Positions 54,182-64,000 of a stretch of 64,000 bases of DNA are shown here, piece after piece. The stretch is from NCBI GenBank assembly GCA_963740085.1, contig CAVUCU010000003.1:64001-128000 (forward strand), written 5' to 3'. Each line of letters begins with the position of its first letter. Positions within the stretch are counted from its first letter, which is position 1. The DNA comes from Nitrospirota bacterium. GTDB taxonomy: Bacteria > Nitrospirota > UBA9217. The translations under genes and the position numbers were made by a program. The notes below the pieces were generated by a model. That model did no database searches, was not told the origin of the DNA, and saw only the letters and a list, made by a program, of their open reading frames with translations.

Positions 54182-55180
54182 ATGACAACGATAAAGACCG
54201 ACATCAGCGCCCTTCGGGATAAGATCTTCAAGCTGAAAAATGACCTGAACGCCATCGTACTCGCGCACAATTACCAGCGTCCCGAGGTCCAGGACGTCGC
54301 CGACATGACGGGAGACTCGCTCGAGCTCTCGCGCACCGCGGCAAAAACAGAATGCGATATTATCGTGTTCTGCGGTGTGCACTTCATGGCCGAAAGCGCC
54401 TCGATCCTCTCTCCGGACAAGATCGTGCTCTTGCCCGAGATCGGCGCGGGCTGTCCCATGGCCGATATGGTCACGGTCAAGGGACCGCGCAAGACCCGGC
54501 GGGAGTTCTACACGGACAAGCTCGGGATCGCCTTCGAATTCGCCGATGAGTTCACCCTCCTGGACATGAAGAAGAAATATCCCGGGGTTCCCGTCGTGGC
54601 CTATGTGAACACGTCGGCCGCGGTCAAGGCGGAGAGCGATATCTGCTGTACTTCATCGAATGTCGTAAAGGTCGTTGAATCGCTGAAAGAAGATACCGTC
54701 ATCTGCATCCCGGACCGGAACCTCTCGGCCTATGCCGCCAAGCGAACGAAGAAGACGATCATCTCCTGGGACGGATTTTGCAACGTGCACCATGGTCATC
54801 TCGATATTGAGGACGTCAAAAAGGCGCGCGCCGCGCATCCTGACGCGGCCCTGGTCGTCCATCCCGAATGCGCGCCCGAGATACAGGACATGGCGGACCG
54901 GATCACGAGTACGTCGGGCATGCTCCGCTTTTGCAGGGAGTCGAACCACACGGAATTCATCATCGGCACTGAAGAAGGACTGCTCCACCGTCTCAGGAAA
55001 GAGAGCCCCGGCAAGAAGTTCTATATCGTTTCGAACGAGATGGTCTGCCCCAACATGAAGCGGACCAGGCTCGAGAGCGTGCTGACCGCAATGGAAAAAA
55101 TGCAGTACGTCATCAAAGTCCCCGAGGACATCCGCGTCCCGGCGAAGCGTGCGCTGGACAGGATGCTGGCAATACCGTGA
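54182..55180 (+). CDS. nadA: Quinolinate synthase
   Basis: [35 protein letters not shown]. Confidence 0.96.
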   Translation: MTTIKTDISALRDKIFKLKNDLNAIVLAHNYQRPEVQDVADMTGDSLELSRTAAKTECDIIVFCGVHFMAESASILSPDKIVLLPEIGAGCPMADMVTVKGPRKTRREFYTDKLGIAFEFADEFTLLDMKKKYPGVPVVAYVNTSAAVKAESDICCTSSNVVKVVESLKEDTVICIPDRNLSAYAAKRTKKTIISWDGFCNVHHGHLDIEDVKKARAAHPDAALVVHPECAPEIQDMADRITSTSGMLRFCRESNHTEFIIGTEEGLLHRLRKESPGKKFYIVSNEMVCPNMKRTRLESVLTAMEKMQYVIKVPEDIRVPAKRALDRMLAIP

Positions 55181-55183
55181 AAC

Positions 55184-55289
55184 AGTCAGGAGTTCGGAGT
55201 TCATAGTTCGGAGCGATAAAAACAGATACTCCAGACTCCAAACTTCCCACTCCCAACTCCGAACTCCGAACTAAACACCCCGAACTCAT
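55184..55289. repeat. Heptamer-array inverted repeat (AGTTCGG type)
   Basis: agtcagg agttcgg agttcat agttcgg ... actccag actccaa acttccc actccca actccga actccga; fills the nadA-rmuC spacer. Confidence 0.8.
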
Positions 55290-56390
55290 ATGCAAACAGC
55301 CATTCTCATATTGCTCACTGTCGTTCTTTTGGCGCTAATCTGGCTCGTGCTCATGTCCAGGAGAAAGACCGTCGACCCCGCCATGTCCCTGATGCAGCAG
55401 GAAGTGCAGTCGCTCCGCGGCCAGTTGACCGAGGCTATGCAGAGAAACCAGGAGATGGTGAACCATCAGCTCAATGAGGTCACGCTCCAGGTTAATTCGC
55501 AGTTGAACCAGGTCACCCAGCAGCTCCAGAGATCGACCGGTGACCTGAACAGCAGGCTGGACAATGCAGCCCGGGTCGTGCAGGAGGTGAGCAAGGGGCT
55601 GGGAGGTCTCTCCGAGGCGACGAAAAAGGTTTTCGACGTGGGGAAGGACATCGCAAGCCTGCAGGAGATCCTTCGCTCGCCCAAGCTTCGGGGCGGTCTC
55701 GGCGAGCTCTTTCTCGGCGACCTCCTGTCCCAGATATTCCCGCCGGCCCACTACACACTTCAGCACCGGTTCAAGAGCGGTGAGGCCGTGGACGCGGTCA
55801 TCAAGCTCGGCAGGAACCTCGTGCCGGTGGACGCCAAGTTCCCGCTCGAAAATTTCAAACGTGTTGTCGAGACGGCTACTGAGGATGAACGGAAAACCGC
55901 AAAGAAGAAGTTCATCGGCGACGTCAAGAAACATATCGACGCCATCTCAGGCAAGTATATTCTGCCCGACGAGGGCACCTTCGACTTCGCGCTCATGTAT
56001 ATCCCTGCCGAGAATGTGTACTACGAGCTCATCATCAGAGACGAGGCCGTTGACACTGAAAAGGGACTTTTGAACTACGCCTTTGCCAAACGGGTCGTCC
56101 CGGTCTCACCAAACAGTTTTTACGCCTATCTCCAGACAATACTTCTGGGCCTTAAGGGAATGCACATCGAAGAGCAGGCGCAGGAGATCCTGCGCAGCCT
56201 GGCAAGGCTTTCGGGTGATTTCCGGAAATTTCAGGAGGAATTTGATCTGGTGGGGAAGCATCTGACAAACACGAAGATGCGATATGACGAATCGGACAAA
56301 CGGCTTGCGAAATTCGGAGACAAACTGCAGTCGCTGACCGGGACCGAGGCCGGCCACGTGATCGAGGAAACAAAAAAGCTTCCGTTATAG
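55290..56390 (+). CDS. rmuC: DNA recombination protein RmuC
   Basis: N-terminal TM, coiled coil, KLRGGLGE, VDAKFP, DFALMYIPAE, VSP. Confidence 0.92.
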   Translation: MQTAILILLTVVLLALIWLVLMSRRKTVDPAMSLMQQEVQSLRGQLTEAMQRNQEMVNHQLNEVTLQVNSQLNQVTQQLQRSTGDLNSRLDNAARVVQEVSKGLGGLSEATKKVFDVGKDIASLQEILRSPKLRGGLGELFLGDLLSQIFPPAHYTLQHRFKSGEAVDAVIKLGRNLVPVDAKFPLENFKRVVETATEDERKTAKKKFIGDVKKHIDAISGKYILPDEGTFDFALMYIPAENVYYELIIRDEAVDTEKGLLNYAFAKRVVPVSPNSFYAYLQTILLGLKGMHIEEQAQEILRSLARLSGDFRKFQEEFDLVGKHLTNTKMRYDESDKRLAKFGDKLQSLTGTEAGHVIEETKKLPL

Positions 56391-56435
56391 GGGACGCCCG
56401 CCCGGAAGGGACCTGACCCTGTTGTTTCTCGTCCT

Positions 56436-56831
56436 CTATTGTGCTTCTATCCATTCAAGAGCATCCCGATAGCTCCTGAAAACACTCACCTCCTTTAAGC
56501 CGCTCGGCACAAGGCTCCGATATGTCTCGTACATTCGTCCCAAACCAAATGCCAATGGACTGTTCACAACAATCGCGAGCTTCGTTTTGACTCCCTGACG
56601 ATCAGTACTAGTTGCGAGGCGAGCAAGCTTCATAATGCCCTGGGTGCTCAACGAATAACTACTCGCCTGGCTGAAATCTACAATTTCGTTGTAGGAGAAA
56701 TAATTGGATTGGTTTTTTATGTCTCGTTGGTACTTCGTGAGGGCATCGATAAGTTCGTTGTCAACTGCCTCGCCAAACCAGATCGTGGTAATAAGTCTGG
56801 CGTTATGATCTATTTTATGCTGTGCCGGCAT
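56436..56831 (-). CDS. Hypothetical protein (STAS/SEC14-like)
   Basis: EIVDFS, KLAIVV..LAFGLGRMYE, VFRSYRDALEWI. Confidence 0.65.
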   Translation of the reverse strand: MPAQHKIDHNARLITTIWFGEAVDNELIDALTKYQRDIKNQSNYFSYNEIVDFSQASSYSLSTQGIMKLARLATSTDRQGVKTKLAIVVNSPLAFGLGRMYETYRSLVPSGLKEVSVFRSYRDALEWIEAQ

Positions 56832-57119
56832 GGTTCACTTTACCTGCTAGAGCCGAGTTGAGCCGATTGTCGGCTCGAACGTTGGACTCATTGTTTTGAG
56901 TTCACCAACCCCCGATAGTCTTTCCATAGCTTGATTAGCATAATATCGTTAGATTGCCTCAATCATTTTCGCGTTACCGGATGCCCTGACCAGCGGAGAG
57001 TGAGGAAGGCTATTGGCTGCCGGTTTCACGAGAACCGAGGATCTGCTCGCCTGGTTCCCCTTTTCTTCCCGAACACGTCATAGCTCTTCATTCCGCATTC
57101 CTCTTCACGCAATATCGAT

Positions 57120-58940
57120 TTACATCTCCACCCTGGTCACCACGCCGTGGAGCTTGTTGTACGGGAGTTTGTAGAATTGGACGATGTTCGGGGTAAGACG
57201 CTTGATGATCGCGAAAAGCTGCCAGATGACATTGCTCGGCAGGATGTCCTCGACGCCGTAAAAGATCGTCTTCTCGTGGATCCCCGCCTCGCGCAGGATC
57301 TCCTCGACATCAGGTACCTCCATGTAGCCGGTCTGTATCTCGAAGGACCGGAGCCCGGGGGCCAGGCTTTCCTTGAAGAACCCCGTGGTGCCGAAGGGGT
57401 CCTCACGCTTGACGATGGAGATTATGATATTGTCCTCATAAATGATGTTGTTCTTGAATATGGTATGCACGACGTAGGGGGGGACCTCCTTCGCGTCCCT
57501 CGCGAAAAAGAGCGCGGTCCCCTTGATCCTGCTCATGGTCTGATAGATCTGCGTGTAGCTCGGCAGGAAGACGTCGATCGGCAGCGGCTGGAGCACATTG
57601 TAGAGCTTCCGCTGGCCCCTGCGGTAGACCATGATGATCAGGAACGGTATTGCAGCGATGATGATCGACCAGTATCCGCCATGGGGGATCTTATAGGTGT
57701 TGGAAATGAAATATGTCAGGCAGACGAAGGTCACGACCACCGAGAGCGCCGCGTGTCCGAACCTTCTCTTGAGATAGAAGATCCAGGTCATGAAGATGCC
57801 GGTAAGGGTCATGGTGCCGGTGACCGCAAGGCCGTAGGCGGCCGCCAGCCTGCTGGACTCCCGGAACTCCATGATGATAAAAAGCACCGAGAAAAGCAGG
57901 AACCAGTTCACAAAACCGATATAGATCTGGGAATGACGCTCCTCGGACGTGTAGTCCACCTTGAACATGGGCATGATGCGTGTGGTGATGCCCTGGTAAA
58001 CGATCGAGAACATGCCGCTTATCATGGCCTGAGACGCGATGACCGTGGCAATGATCGAGAGAAGCAGGAACGGGATGTAGAGGAAGTGCGCCTGATGATT
58101 CACCATCTCGAACAGCACGTTCCTGGCCTCGGGATGCCCGATGAGGAACGCCCCCTGACCGATATAGTTGAGTACCAGGGCGAAGAACACAAAATACCAG
58201 GCCCGCACGATCGGCTCGCGGCCCAGATGCCCCATGTCAGCGTAGAGAGCCTCGCCGCCCGTGGCGCACAGAATGACCTCGGAGAGTACGAAGAACCCGG
58301 CGATCCCGTGTTGGGCCATGAACTTGAAGGCATAGTAGGGATTCACCGCCTTGACCACCGAAGGCATAGTAAAGATCGAAGCAATGCCGGACAGCGTCAG
58401 GGCTGCAAACCACAGAATCATGAGCGGCCCGAAGGCCCCGGCGACCCGCTCGGTCCCCTTCTTCTGGAACGAGAAGAGCAGAATGGCGATGGCGCCGGCG
58501 ATGATGACGAGGGAGGTCTGGGCCGTTCCCTCAAACCCCTTGATCAGAAGCATGCCCTCCACGGCGCTCAGGATGCTGATGGCCGGCGTGATCACGCCAT
58601 CGCCGATGATGAGCGAAATGCCAATGAACGAAAGCAGGGTGACGACCGCGGCCTGCCTGCCCGATTTGAGAAGCGGGACCAGCAGTTCCCTGAGCACGAT
58701 GGTACCGCCTTCGCCGCGTTTGCCGAGGCTCATGGCCAGCCAGGCGTATTCCACGGTCACCAGGATGACGAGCGTCCAGACAATGAGGGACAGGACGCCT
58801 ATCACGTTGTCCTCGGTCCGCACGATCGTCGGCAAGAGAAAAATGACCGTAAGCGTGTAGATCGGGCTCGTGCCGATATCGCCGAACACGAGTCCGAGAG
58901 ACTTTATGATTCCTTTGGCTGGGGACACTTTGTCAGGCAT
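57120..58940 (-). CDS. kup: KUP/HAK/KT potassium transporter
   Basis: FGDIGTSPIY, GEGG, GDGVITPAIS, TGGEALYADMGH, AAAYGLAV. Confidence 0.96.
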   Translation of the reverse strand: MPDKVSPAKGIIKSLGLVFGDIGTSPIYTLTVIFLLPTIVRTEDNVIGVLSLIVWTLVILVTVEYAWLAMSLGKRGEGGTIVLRELLVPLLKSGRQAAVVTLLSFIGISLIIGDGVITPAISILSAVEGMLLIKGFEGTAQTSLVIIAGAIAILLFSFQKKGTERVAGAFGPLMILWFAALTLSGIASIFTMPSVVKAVNPYYAFKFMAQHGIAGFFVLSEVILCATGGEALYADMGHLGREPIVRAWYFVFFALVLNYIGQGAFLIGHPEARNVLFEMVNHQAHFLYIPFLLLSIIATVIASQAMISGMFSIVYQGITTRIMPMFKVDYTSEERHSQIYIGFVNWFLLFSVLFIIMEFRESSRLAAAYGLAVTGTMTLTGIFMTWIFYLKRRFGHAALSVVVTFVCLTYFISNTYKIPHGGYWSIIIAAIPFLIIMVYRRGQRKLYNVLQPLPIDVFLPSYTQIYQTMSRIKGTALFFARDAKEVPPYVVHTIFKNNIIYEDNIIISIVKREDPFGTTGFFKESLAPGLRSFEIQTGYMEVPDVEEILREAGIHEKTIFYGVEDILPSNVIWQLFAIIKRLTPNIVQFYKLPYNKLHGVVTRVEM

Positions 58941-59220
58941 ACGTAAGATGAGGTTTAGTAATCACGCGGCAGTGCAGAGTTACTGCGGGAAAATCATAAT
59001 ACAGTTCATGTAAAAAAGCAAGGTGAATAAAAAGAACCAGTGACCGCAATTGATTGTTGTTTTGTAAAAAAAGGTTCCAGATAAAATCCTCGGAAATGAC
59101 AATAATGATAAGCGAACGTGTAACCTCCCTGAACGATCCTGCCGGGATATGGCGCTCTTCCTGCAGGAGCTACTTGGACCAAGGGGATGCACCCACAAAG
59201 AAAATATCTGCTCAAGAGGC

Positions 59221-61812
59221 CTATTGATTTTTCTCATTGTTTGCCCCCGGGTTCCCGGAGGCCTGATCCTCATATCTTCCGTCCAAAAAGTTCCTTGCAT
59301 AGCGTTTTACCGACTGGTCGTCCTGAAGCACGGCATCCAGCTGCCGGGTAAAGGAGATCAGTCTGCCAATCTGATCGAGAATACTTTCCGCCTCGCTCCT
59401 GACGATGTTCGCGAGCCGTGCAACGATCAAATCGCCTTTTGTCTTGCTATTGAAACCGTACTCGCCGAGGATCTCAGCGATGAGCTGCAGCCTCCTCGAA
59501 CGCTTGGTTATGTCGGTGGCGCCCCCGGTGAACCGGAAATAGATATGATTGTTGCGAGTGTTCTCGCTGCAAAAACAGTCCAGGATGATGAAATGATAGC
59601 CGAACTTCAGGCTGATGTTCGCGTATTCCCGGGAGATGACGGCCATGTTCGATTCCACGCGGCTGCCGCCGTCGGACATAATGTCAGGCATGCGCAGCAT
59701 GCTCGACATAAAGTCATTGACCTTCAGCGGGACTGCATCGGAGCGCCAGATGCCGGGGCGGGTCATGCCGCTGATCAGCGCCCGAAGCGGCAATGAGGTG
59801 ACCTGCCCGGCTGTGATGTTGCCCGTGTGCACGGAATTATCCAAGCCCCCGCCGATATCGATGACCATGATCCCGGCGGGGATCGTCAGGTCTAATTTTA
59901 CGGCACTGGCCTTCACGCCGAACTGCGCGGTCTCGATCAGCTCGGCAACCGATTTCTCATGGATAAAGCGCAGGATATCATGCATGGTCTTGCATGCCTG
60001 TGGTGTAAACTCATCCCGCAAAGGATCGACAAGGTTCAGTGGAGCGATGTAGCGCAGGAGATACCTTTTTTTGCGGAACTCCGAAAGTTCGTCCATCTTT
60101 GCGGAGTTGTTTCGCGCGTGCTCCACGACCTGCCTGACCAGCCCCTGGTAAATGGTCGCCCCTTCGTTCTCCACCTGAACGGTGATCTCCTGGCCGTGTG
60201 CAAGCAGCTGCGTTGCGTTGCCCGCATTCACGACCGCAGGTATCCTGAACTCCCTGCACAGGGCCGCCATATGGCTCGTCGGCGCTCCCGTGTCGGTGAT
60301 GATCGCGGATACGTCGGTCATCACGCGGACAAAATGGGAAGAATCGTGACGCGCAACAAGGATGGCGCCCTTTGGAATGGAATCAAGCTCGTTGAGGTTC
60401 TTAAGAACGAACACCCTGCCGGCCGCCACGCCGTTCTGGACGGCGAGGCCGCTGTTCTTCACGAGAACCTGTGCATCAGGCGCGTGTGGTTCTGCGACAT
60501 CCGTGTGATTATCATCGCCTGAGAGCCGGAGCGGCCGGGCCTGGAGGATGAACGCCCGCCCCTGCCTGTCGAATGCCCACTCGATGTCCTGGGGCCTGTG
60601 GAAGTGCTTTTCGATCAGCAGCGCCAGTCGGGCGAGCTCGGCGACCTGTCCGGGATCAAGGCTCGGGCGCATTCTTTTTTCATGCGGCGTTTCCATGGTC
60701 GTCACGCCACCCTGCTCACTTCCGATGACCATCGAATCCTTCGTGCCGATCCTCGTCTCGATGATCTCCCGCTCGCCGCTCTTGTTCACCAGATAAAGAT
60801 CGGCATCGGTCTGGCCTTCCACGACGGAGGTGCCGAGTCCCCACGTGGCATTGATGATGAGCATGTCCCGGTTTCTCTGCTGATCGATCGAATACAGCAC
60901 CCCGCTTGTCGCGGCTTCCACCATCACCACGCACCCGACGGCCATCTTCATGTCCCTCGGATCATACCCCAGCCTCTTCTGATAGATCGATGACGTTTCG
61001 GAGAAAAGGCTTGCGAGCACTATCCGGTACGCCTTCTCAACTGCCGCGGTTTCGAGCGGTACGTTCAGAACGGTTTCGAATTGTCCGGCAAACGAAAACT
61101 CCCCGTCCTCCTCCCCCGCGCTGCTCCGCACGGCGAGGGAACACTTTCCCCTGCACCGTGATCGTATCTCGTTGACGGCCTTGTCGATTTCACGGTGAAG
61201 GTCTGGCGGCATCTCTCCTTGCAGAATACGCGCATGCACGTCGTGCAGGGGCACCCCCGGAACCGGGGCAGCGTCCCGCGGAAGCTGTCGCTTTTCAAAG
61301 ATCCGATTATGCCCCATGTAGGCATCGAAGGCCCGGGTCGTCACCGCAAAGGCATCGGGCACGTTCAGCTTCAAGGCGTTCTTGACCTCCGCGAGGTTGG
61401 AGTTCTTTCCGCCGATGTCCCGCACCATATCGCCCGTTACCTGCTCATAGAAGACGACGAGATCCTTTGCCCCGATGACGGTTTCGTCGATGACATGCCT
61501 GATCCCCTCGTCTATTTCCCGGAACTTCTCACGAAGCTGCGGATACCGTTTGTGGGTAAGTACGTCGAAATCGCGGAGGGAGTCTCCCACGGCAACGTGA
61601 AGGTCGGCATAGGATCTTCTGACATACTGAATGTCGAACAGATAGTCCCCGCCAAGGGTATCACCCATGTCCGTAATGATCTCGAGTGCCTTGTTGTTAT
61701 CGTCGAGGACCTGGCGGAATCGGGAGAACAGCAGCTCGAACGACTCCCGATCGCTTCGAACGCCCCGGAGGGTCCGGTACAGTGAATTCAGTTTTCCGGT
61801 GAAGTTTGTCAT
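59221..61812 (-). CDS. PEP synthase/PPDK-like protein (ATP-grasp plus phospho-His swivel, atypical N- and C-termini)
   Basis: GGKNSNL, AVRSSA.GED..FSFAGQF, QDIEWA, LQARP, TSHMAALCREF. Confidence 0.85.
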   Translation of the reverse strand: MTNFTGKLNSLYRTLRGVRSDRESFELLFSRFRQVLDDNNKALEIITDMGDTLGGDYLFDIQYVRRSYADLHVAVGDSLRDFDVLTHKRYPQLREKFREIDEGIRHVIDETVIGAKDLVVFYEQVTGDMVRDIGGKNSNLAEVKNALKLNVPDAFAVTTRAFDAYMGHNRIFEKRQLPRDAAPVPGVPLHDVHARILQGEMPPDLHREIDKAVNEIRSRCRGKCSLAVRSSAGEEDGEFSFAGQFETVLNVPLETAAVEKAYRIVLASLFSETSSIYQKRLGYDPRDMKMAVGCVVMVEAATSGVLYSIDQQRNRDMLIINATWGLGTSVVEGQTDADLYLVNKSGEREIIETRIGTKDSMVIGSEQGGVTTMETPHEKRMRPSLDPGQVAELARLALLIEKHFHRPQDIEWAFDRQGRAFILQARPLRLSGDDNHTDVAEPHAPDAQVLVKNSGLAVQNGVAAGRVFVLKNLNELDSIPKGAILVARHDSSHFVRVMTDVSAIITDTGAPTSHMAALCREFRIPAVVNAGNATQLLAHGQEITVQVENEGATIYQGLVRQVVEHARNNSAKMDELSEFRKKRYLLRYIAPLNLVDPLRDEFTPQACKTMHDILRFIHEKSVAELIETAQFGVKASAVKLDLTIPAGIMVIDIGGGLDNSVHTGNITAGQVTSLPLRALISGMTRPGIWRSDAVPLKVNDFMSSMLRMPDIMSDGGSRVESNMAVISREYANISLKFGYHFIILDCFCSENTRNNHIYFRFTGGATDITKRSRRLQLIAEILGEYGFNSKTKGDLIVARLANIVRSEAESILDQIGRLISFTRQLDAVLQDDQSVKRYARNFLDGRYEDQASGNPGANNEKNQ

Positions 61813-61817
61813 GGCCT

Positions 61818-62192
61818 TTACGGCTGTTTTTCCAGCGCCCGTTTGATAGACGCCTTCAATTCCTTTATCTTGACAGGTTTCGGGAAAAAGTCATGCACGT
61901 CCCTTCGGAGCGCCTCTATGGCCGCATCGAGGTTTGCGAAGGCCGTGATCATGATGACCTGGGTCGCGGGATAGAAGTCTTTCACGGTTTTCAGCACCTC
62001 CATCCCGTCGATTCCCTTCATCTTGTAATCCGTCACGACAACGTCAAATTTTTCTTCCTGCAGCCGCTTCAACGCCGGTTCGGCGTTCAGAAAGGTTTCA
62101 ACAGCATAGCCTTCCTGTTCAAGCGACAGTTTCGCCATGTCGCCTACGATTTTTTCATCGTCAATGACCATGATTCTGTAATTATTACTCAT
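61818..62192 (-). CDS. Single-domain response regulator
   Basis: VIDDE, VTDYKM, ITAF, KP. Confidence 0.92.
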   Translation of the reverse strand: MSNNYRIMVIDDEKIVGDMAKLSLEQEGYAVETFLNAEPALKRLQEEKFDVVVTDYKMKGIDGMEVLKTVKDFYPATQVIMITAFANLDAAIEALRRDVHDFFPKPVKIKELKASIKRALEKQP

Positions 62193-63597
62193 TGTTCTTC
62201 TCCTCTATTTTATAAGCGGGGAGCTTGATGGTAAAGGTGGTGCCCACGCCGACCTTGCTCTCGACCCTGATCTCGCCCTTATGATTTTTTATGATGCCAT
62301 AACTGACTGACAGGCCCAGGCCCGTCCCCCCTTCTCCCTTGGTGCTGAAAAAAGGATCGAAAATATGGGGGAGAAATTCGGGTGCTATGCCCTTGCCCGT
62401 GTCCGCGACACCTATCTCAATGGAATTTCCGCTCTTTCCCGGCCTCGTGGTAAGCACGAGCCTGCCGCCGGCGGTCATGGACTGAACCGCATTGGTGATC
62501 AGGTTCACCAGGACCTGCTGAATCTGGCTTTCATCCACGAACACCGGGGGCAGACCGTCGGCAAAATGGAGCGAGGTCTCAATGTTCGACACGTCGATCA
62601 TATTCTGCACAAGGGTGAGCGTCTTCTGTATCACCGCGTTGATGTCCGCCTTGTTCGGGTTCGCATCCTTGGGCTTTGAAAAATCAAGCAGGTTCTTCAC
62701 GATCTTCCGTATCCGCTCCGTCTCAGCATCAACCTTAGTCATGAACTCGATCCGGTCACGCTCGCCGAGCTTTGGATACAACTCTGCGTAGGTCTGTGCG
62801 ATCATCGATATATTGTTGAGCGGGTTGGTGATTTCATGGGCCACGCCCGCGGTCAGAATGCCGAGCGAGGCGAGCTTCTTGGACTGGATGATTTCCTCCT
62901 CGCGGTGCGCCAGCTCCTCGGACATCGAGTTCACCGCATTGATGAGCGAGCCAAGCTCGTCTTCATACACTGCTCCCTCAATCTTGTTGAAATTCCCATG
63001 GGAGATCGATTTCGCAAGCTTTTCGATCTCCCGAAGGGAACGCACGATCTTCTGGGAGATGAAATGGCCGATCAGGAGTGCCGAAACGAGTATCGCCCAG
63101 AACAGGAGGATGAGTATCCGCTTCGAACTCAGGATGATGTCGTTCACCCGTTTCCGTTCAAGGTGGGTGATCGAATCGGAAAATTCCTTCAGTTTTTTCC
63201 CTTCGGCCCTGATCCGGACTTCCATCTGCGGATCTCCCGGGGTGCCTCTCGCCGCCAGGTCAACAGTGGCAGAATAGGCCTTCAGACGCGACTCCAGCGT
63301 ATCCAGGTCGGTATTGCCGATCGCCCGGATGATGTCCTCGCGCACTTCTCCGATAGTATCCATGGTTTTCGTGATACTCTCGCGTATCGCCGGGAGCGCC
63401 TTGTTGTCCTTGTAAAGAAAATAGTTTTTCTCCGAAAGCCTCATTTCCAAGAAAGACGCATTGAGGTCATCGGCGATCTCCACGAACCGGAGCTTCGTGA
63501 GAACAAGGCTCATGTTCTGAAAGGCGAAGAAACCGATCAGGATGATGAATGCCCCGTTGATGACATTGGAAACGATGAGTTTGTTTTCTATCTTCAT
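62185..63597 (-). CDS. HAMP sensor histidine kinase
   Basis: 2 TM, HAMP, AHEITNPL, NLITNA, DTGKGI, FDPFFSTK, GTGLGL. Confidence 0.95.
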   Translation of the reverse strand: MKIENKLIVSNVINGAFIILIGFFAFQNMSLVLTKLRFVEIADDLNASFLEMRLSEKNYFLYKDNKALPAIRESITKTMDTIGEVREDIIRAIGNTDLDTLESRLKAYSATVDLAARGTPGDPQMEVRIRAEGKKLKEFSDSITHLERKRVNDIILSSKRILILLFWAILVSALLIGHFISQKIVRSLREIEKLAKSISHGNFNKIEGAVYEDELGSLINAVNSMSEELAHREEEIIQSKKLASLGILTAGVAHEITNPLNNISMIAQTYAELYPKLGERDRIEFMTKVDAETERIRKIVKNLLDFSKPKDANPNKADINAVIQKTLTLVQNMIDVSNIETSLHFADGLPPVFVDESQIQQVLVNLITNAVQSMTAGGRLVLTTRPGKSGNSIEIGVADTGKGIAPEFLPHIFDPFFSTKGEGGTGLGLSVSYGIIKNHKGEIRVESKVGVGTTFTIKLPAYKIEEKNNE

Positions 63598-63615
63598 GAC
63601 AATGATCCGGCCGTA

Positions 63616-64000
63616 TTACATCGGCACGGGACACCGCGGGATCTCCGCCTGCTCCTTTCTGACCGGCAAATACCACAGGAGGCCGTCCACGGCCATGAAC
63701 ACCCCCGCCGCGATAAGCAGTGAATCGAAGACCGTCAGAAAACTGAACCCGAAATAATGCATTAGCCCGAACCCGACCGTGGTAAACGAAACACCGGTAC
63801 GAATAAATGCCAGTCCTGTCCTCGCTCGCGCATAGATCGTCCGGTAGCAGGCGGCCACGGTCCGCTGGGCCGCGAGCACATTACGCTCGCGCGCCAGATG
63901 CGTGCGTTCCCTGCTGGCCGGCGAAGGAAAGAGGATAGTGCAGTGACCGCCGAGACAATCGCCAAGCCGGGCGAGCATGGTCCCCTTCGTCGGTGATGCG
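63616..64000 (-). CDS. DUF202 (YidH-like) domain protein, C-terminal part (runs off window end)
   Basis: RTHLARERNVLA..RT, RTGLAFIRTG, two TM helices. Confidence 0.7.
   Translation of the reverse strand, partial: ASPTKGTMLARLGDCLGGHCTILFPSPASRERTHLARERNVLAAQRTVAACYRTIYARARTGLAFIRTGVSFTTVGFGLMHYFGFSFLTVFDSLLIAAGVFMAVDGLLWYLPVRKEQAEIPRCPVPM

Noticed and set aside
58941-59220. c-di-AMP (ydaO) riboswitch upstream of kup
   Set aside because: No recognisable conserved motif by eye; an Rfam scan would be needed.

Overview
Bacterial chromosomal window with GC-rich coding regions; gene content and intergenic repeats resemble Nitrospirota/Desulfobacterota-type anaerobes (inference). It contains a pentose-phosphate operon (gnd-tkt-tal-zwf-pgl) downstream of an arsS/glk/lpxR/flavoprotein reductase/GH63/TVP38 run; argS-tgt-yajC-secD-secF; ubiX, hflX, pmbA, queD, two hfq-like genes, lnt, recO, era, nadA, rmuC and kup; and a PEP-synthase-like/two-component cluster. 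No rRNA, tRNA, CRISPR array or transposase was seen. Main observations: (1) a family of intergenic hairpins built from 7-nt or 9-nt periodic microrepeat arms occupies nearly every junction of some operons, and one copy encloses a four-helix-bundle (IVS/Avd-like) gene, suggesting a 'full' element plus 'empty' derivatives; (2) two selenoproteins truncated by the ORF track (ArsS and a rhodanese) with SECIS-like hairpins; (3) an unannotated 40-aa Arg-rich peptide with a Cle-type c-di-GMP motif next to a PilZ gene; (4) a tandem-domain Hfq plus a second Hfq; (5) a lipoprotein cytochrome c with thrombospondin-like repeats under a sigma54 promoter; (6) a probable AUC start for hflX. Frameshifts in argS, lpxR and one hypothetical gene are probably assembly errors.
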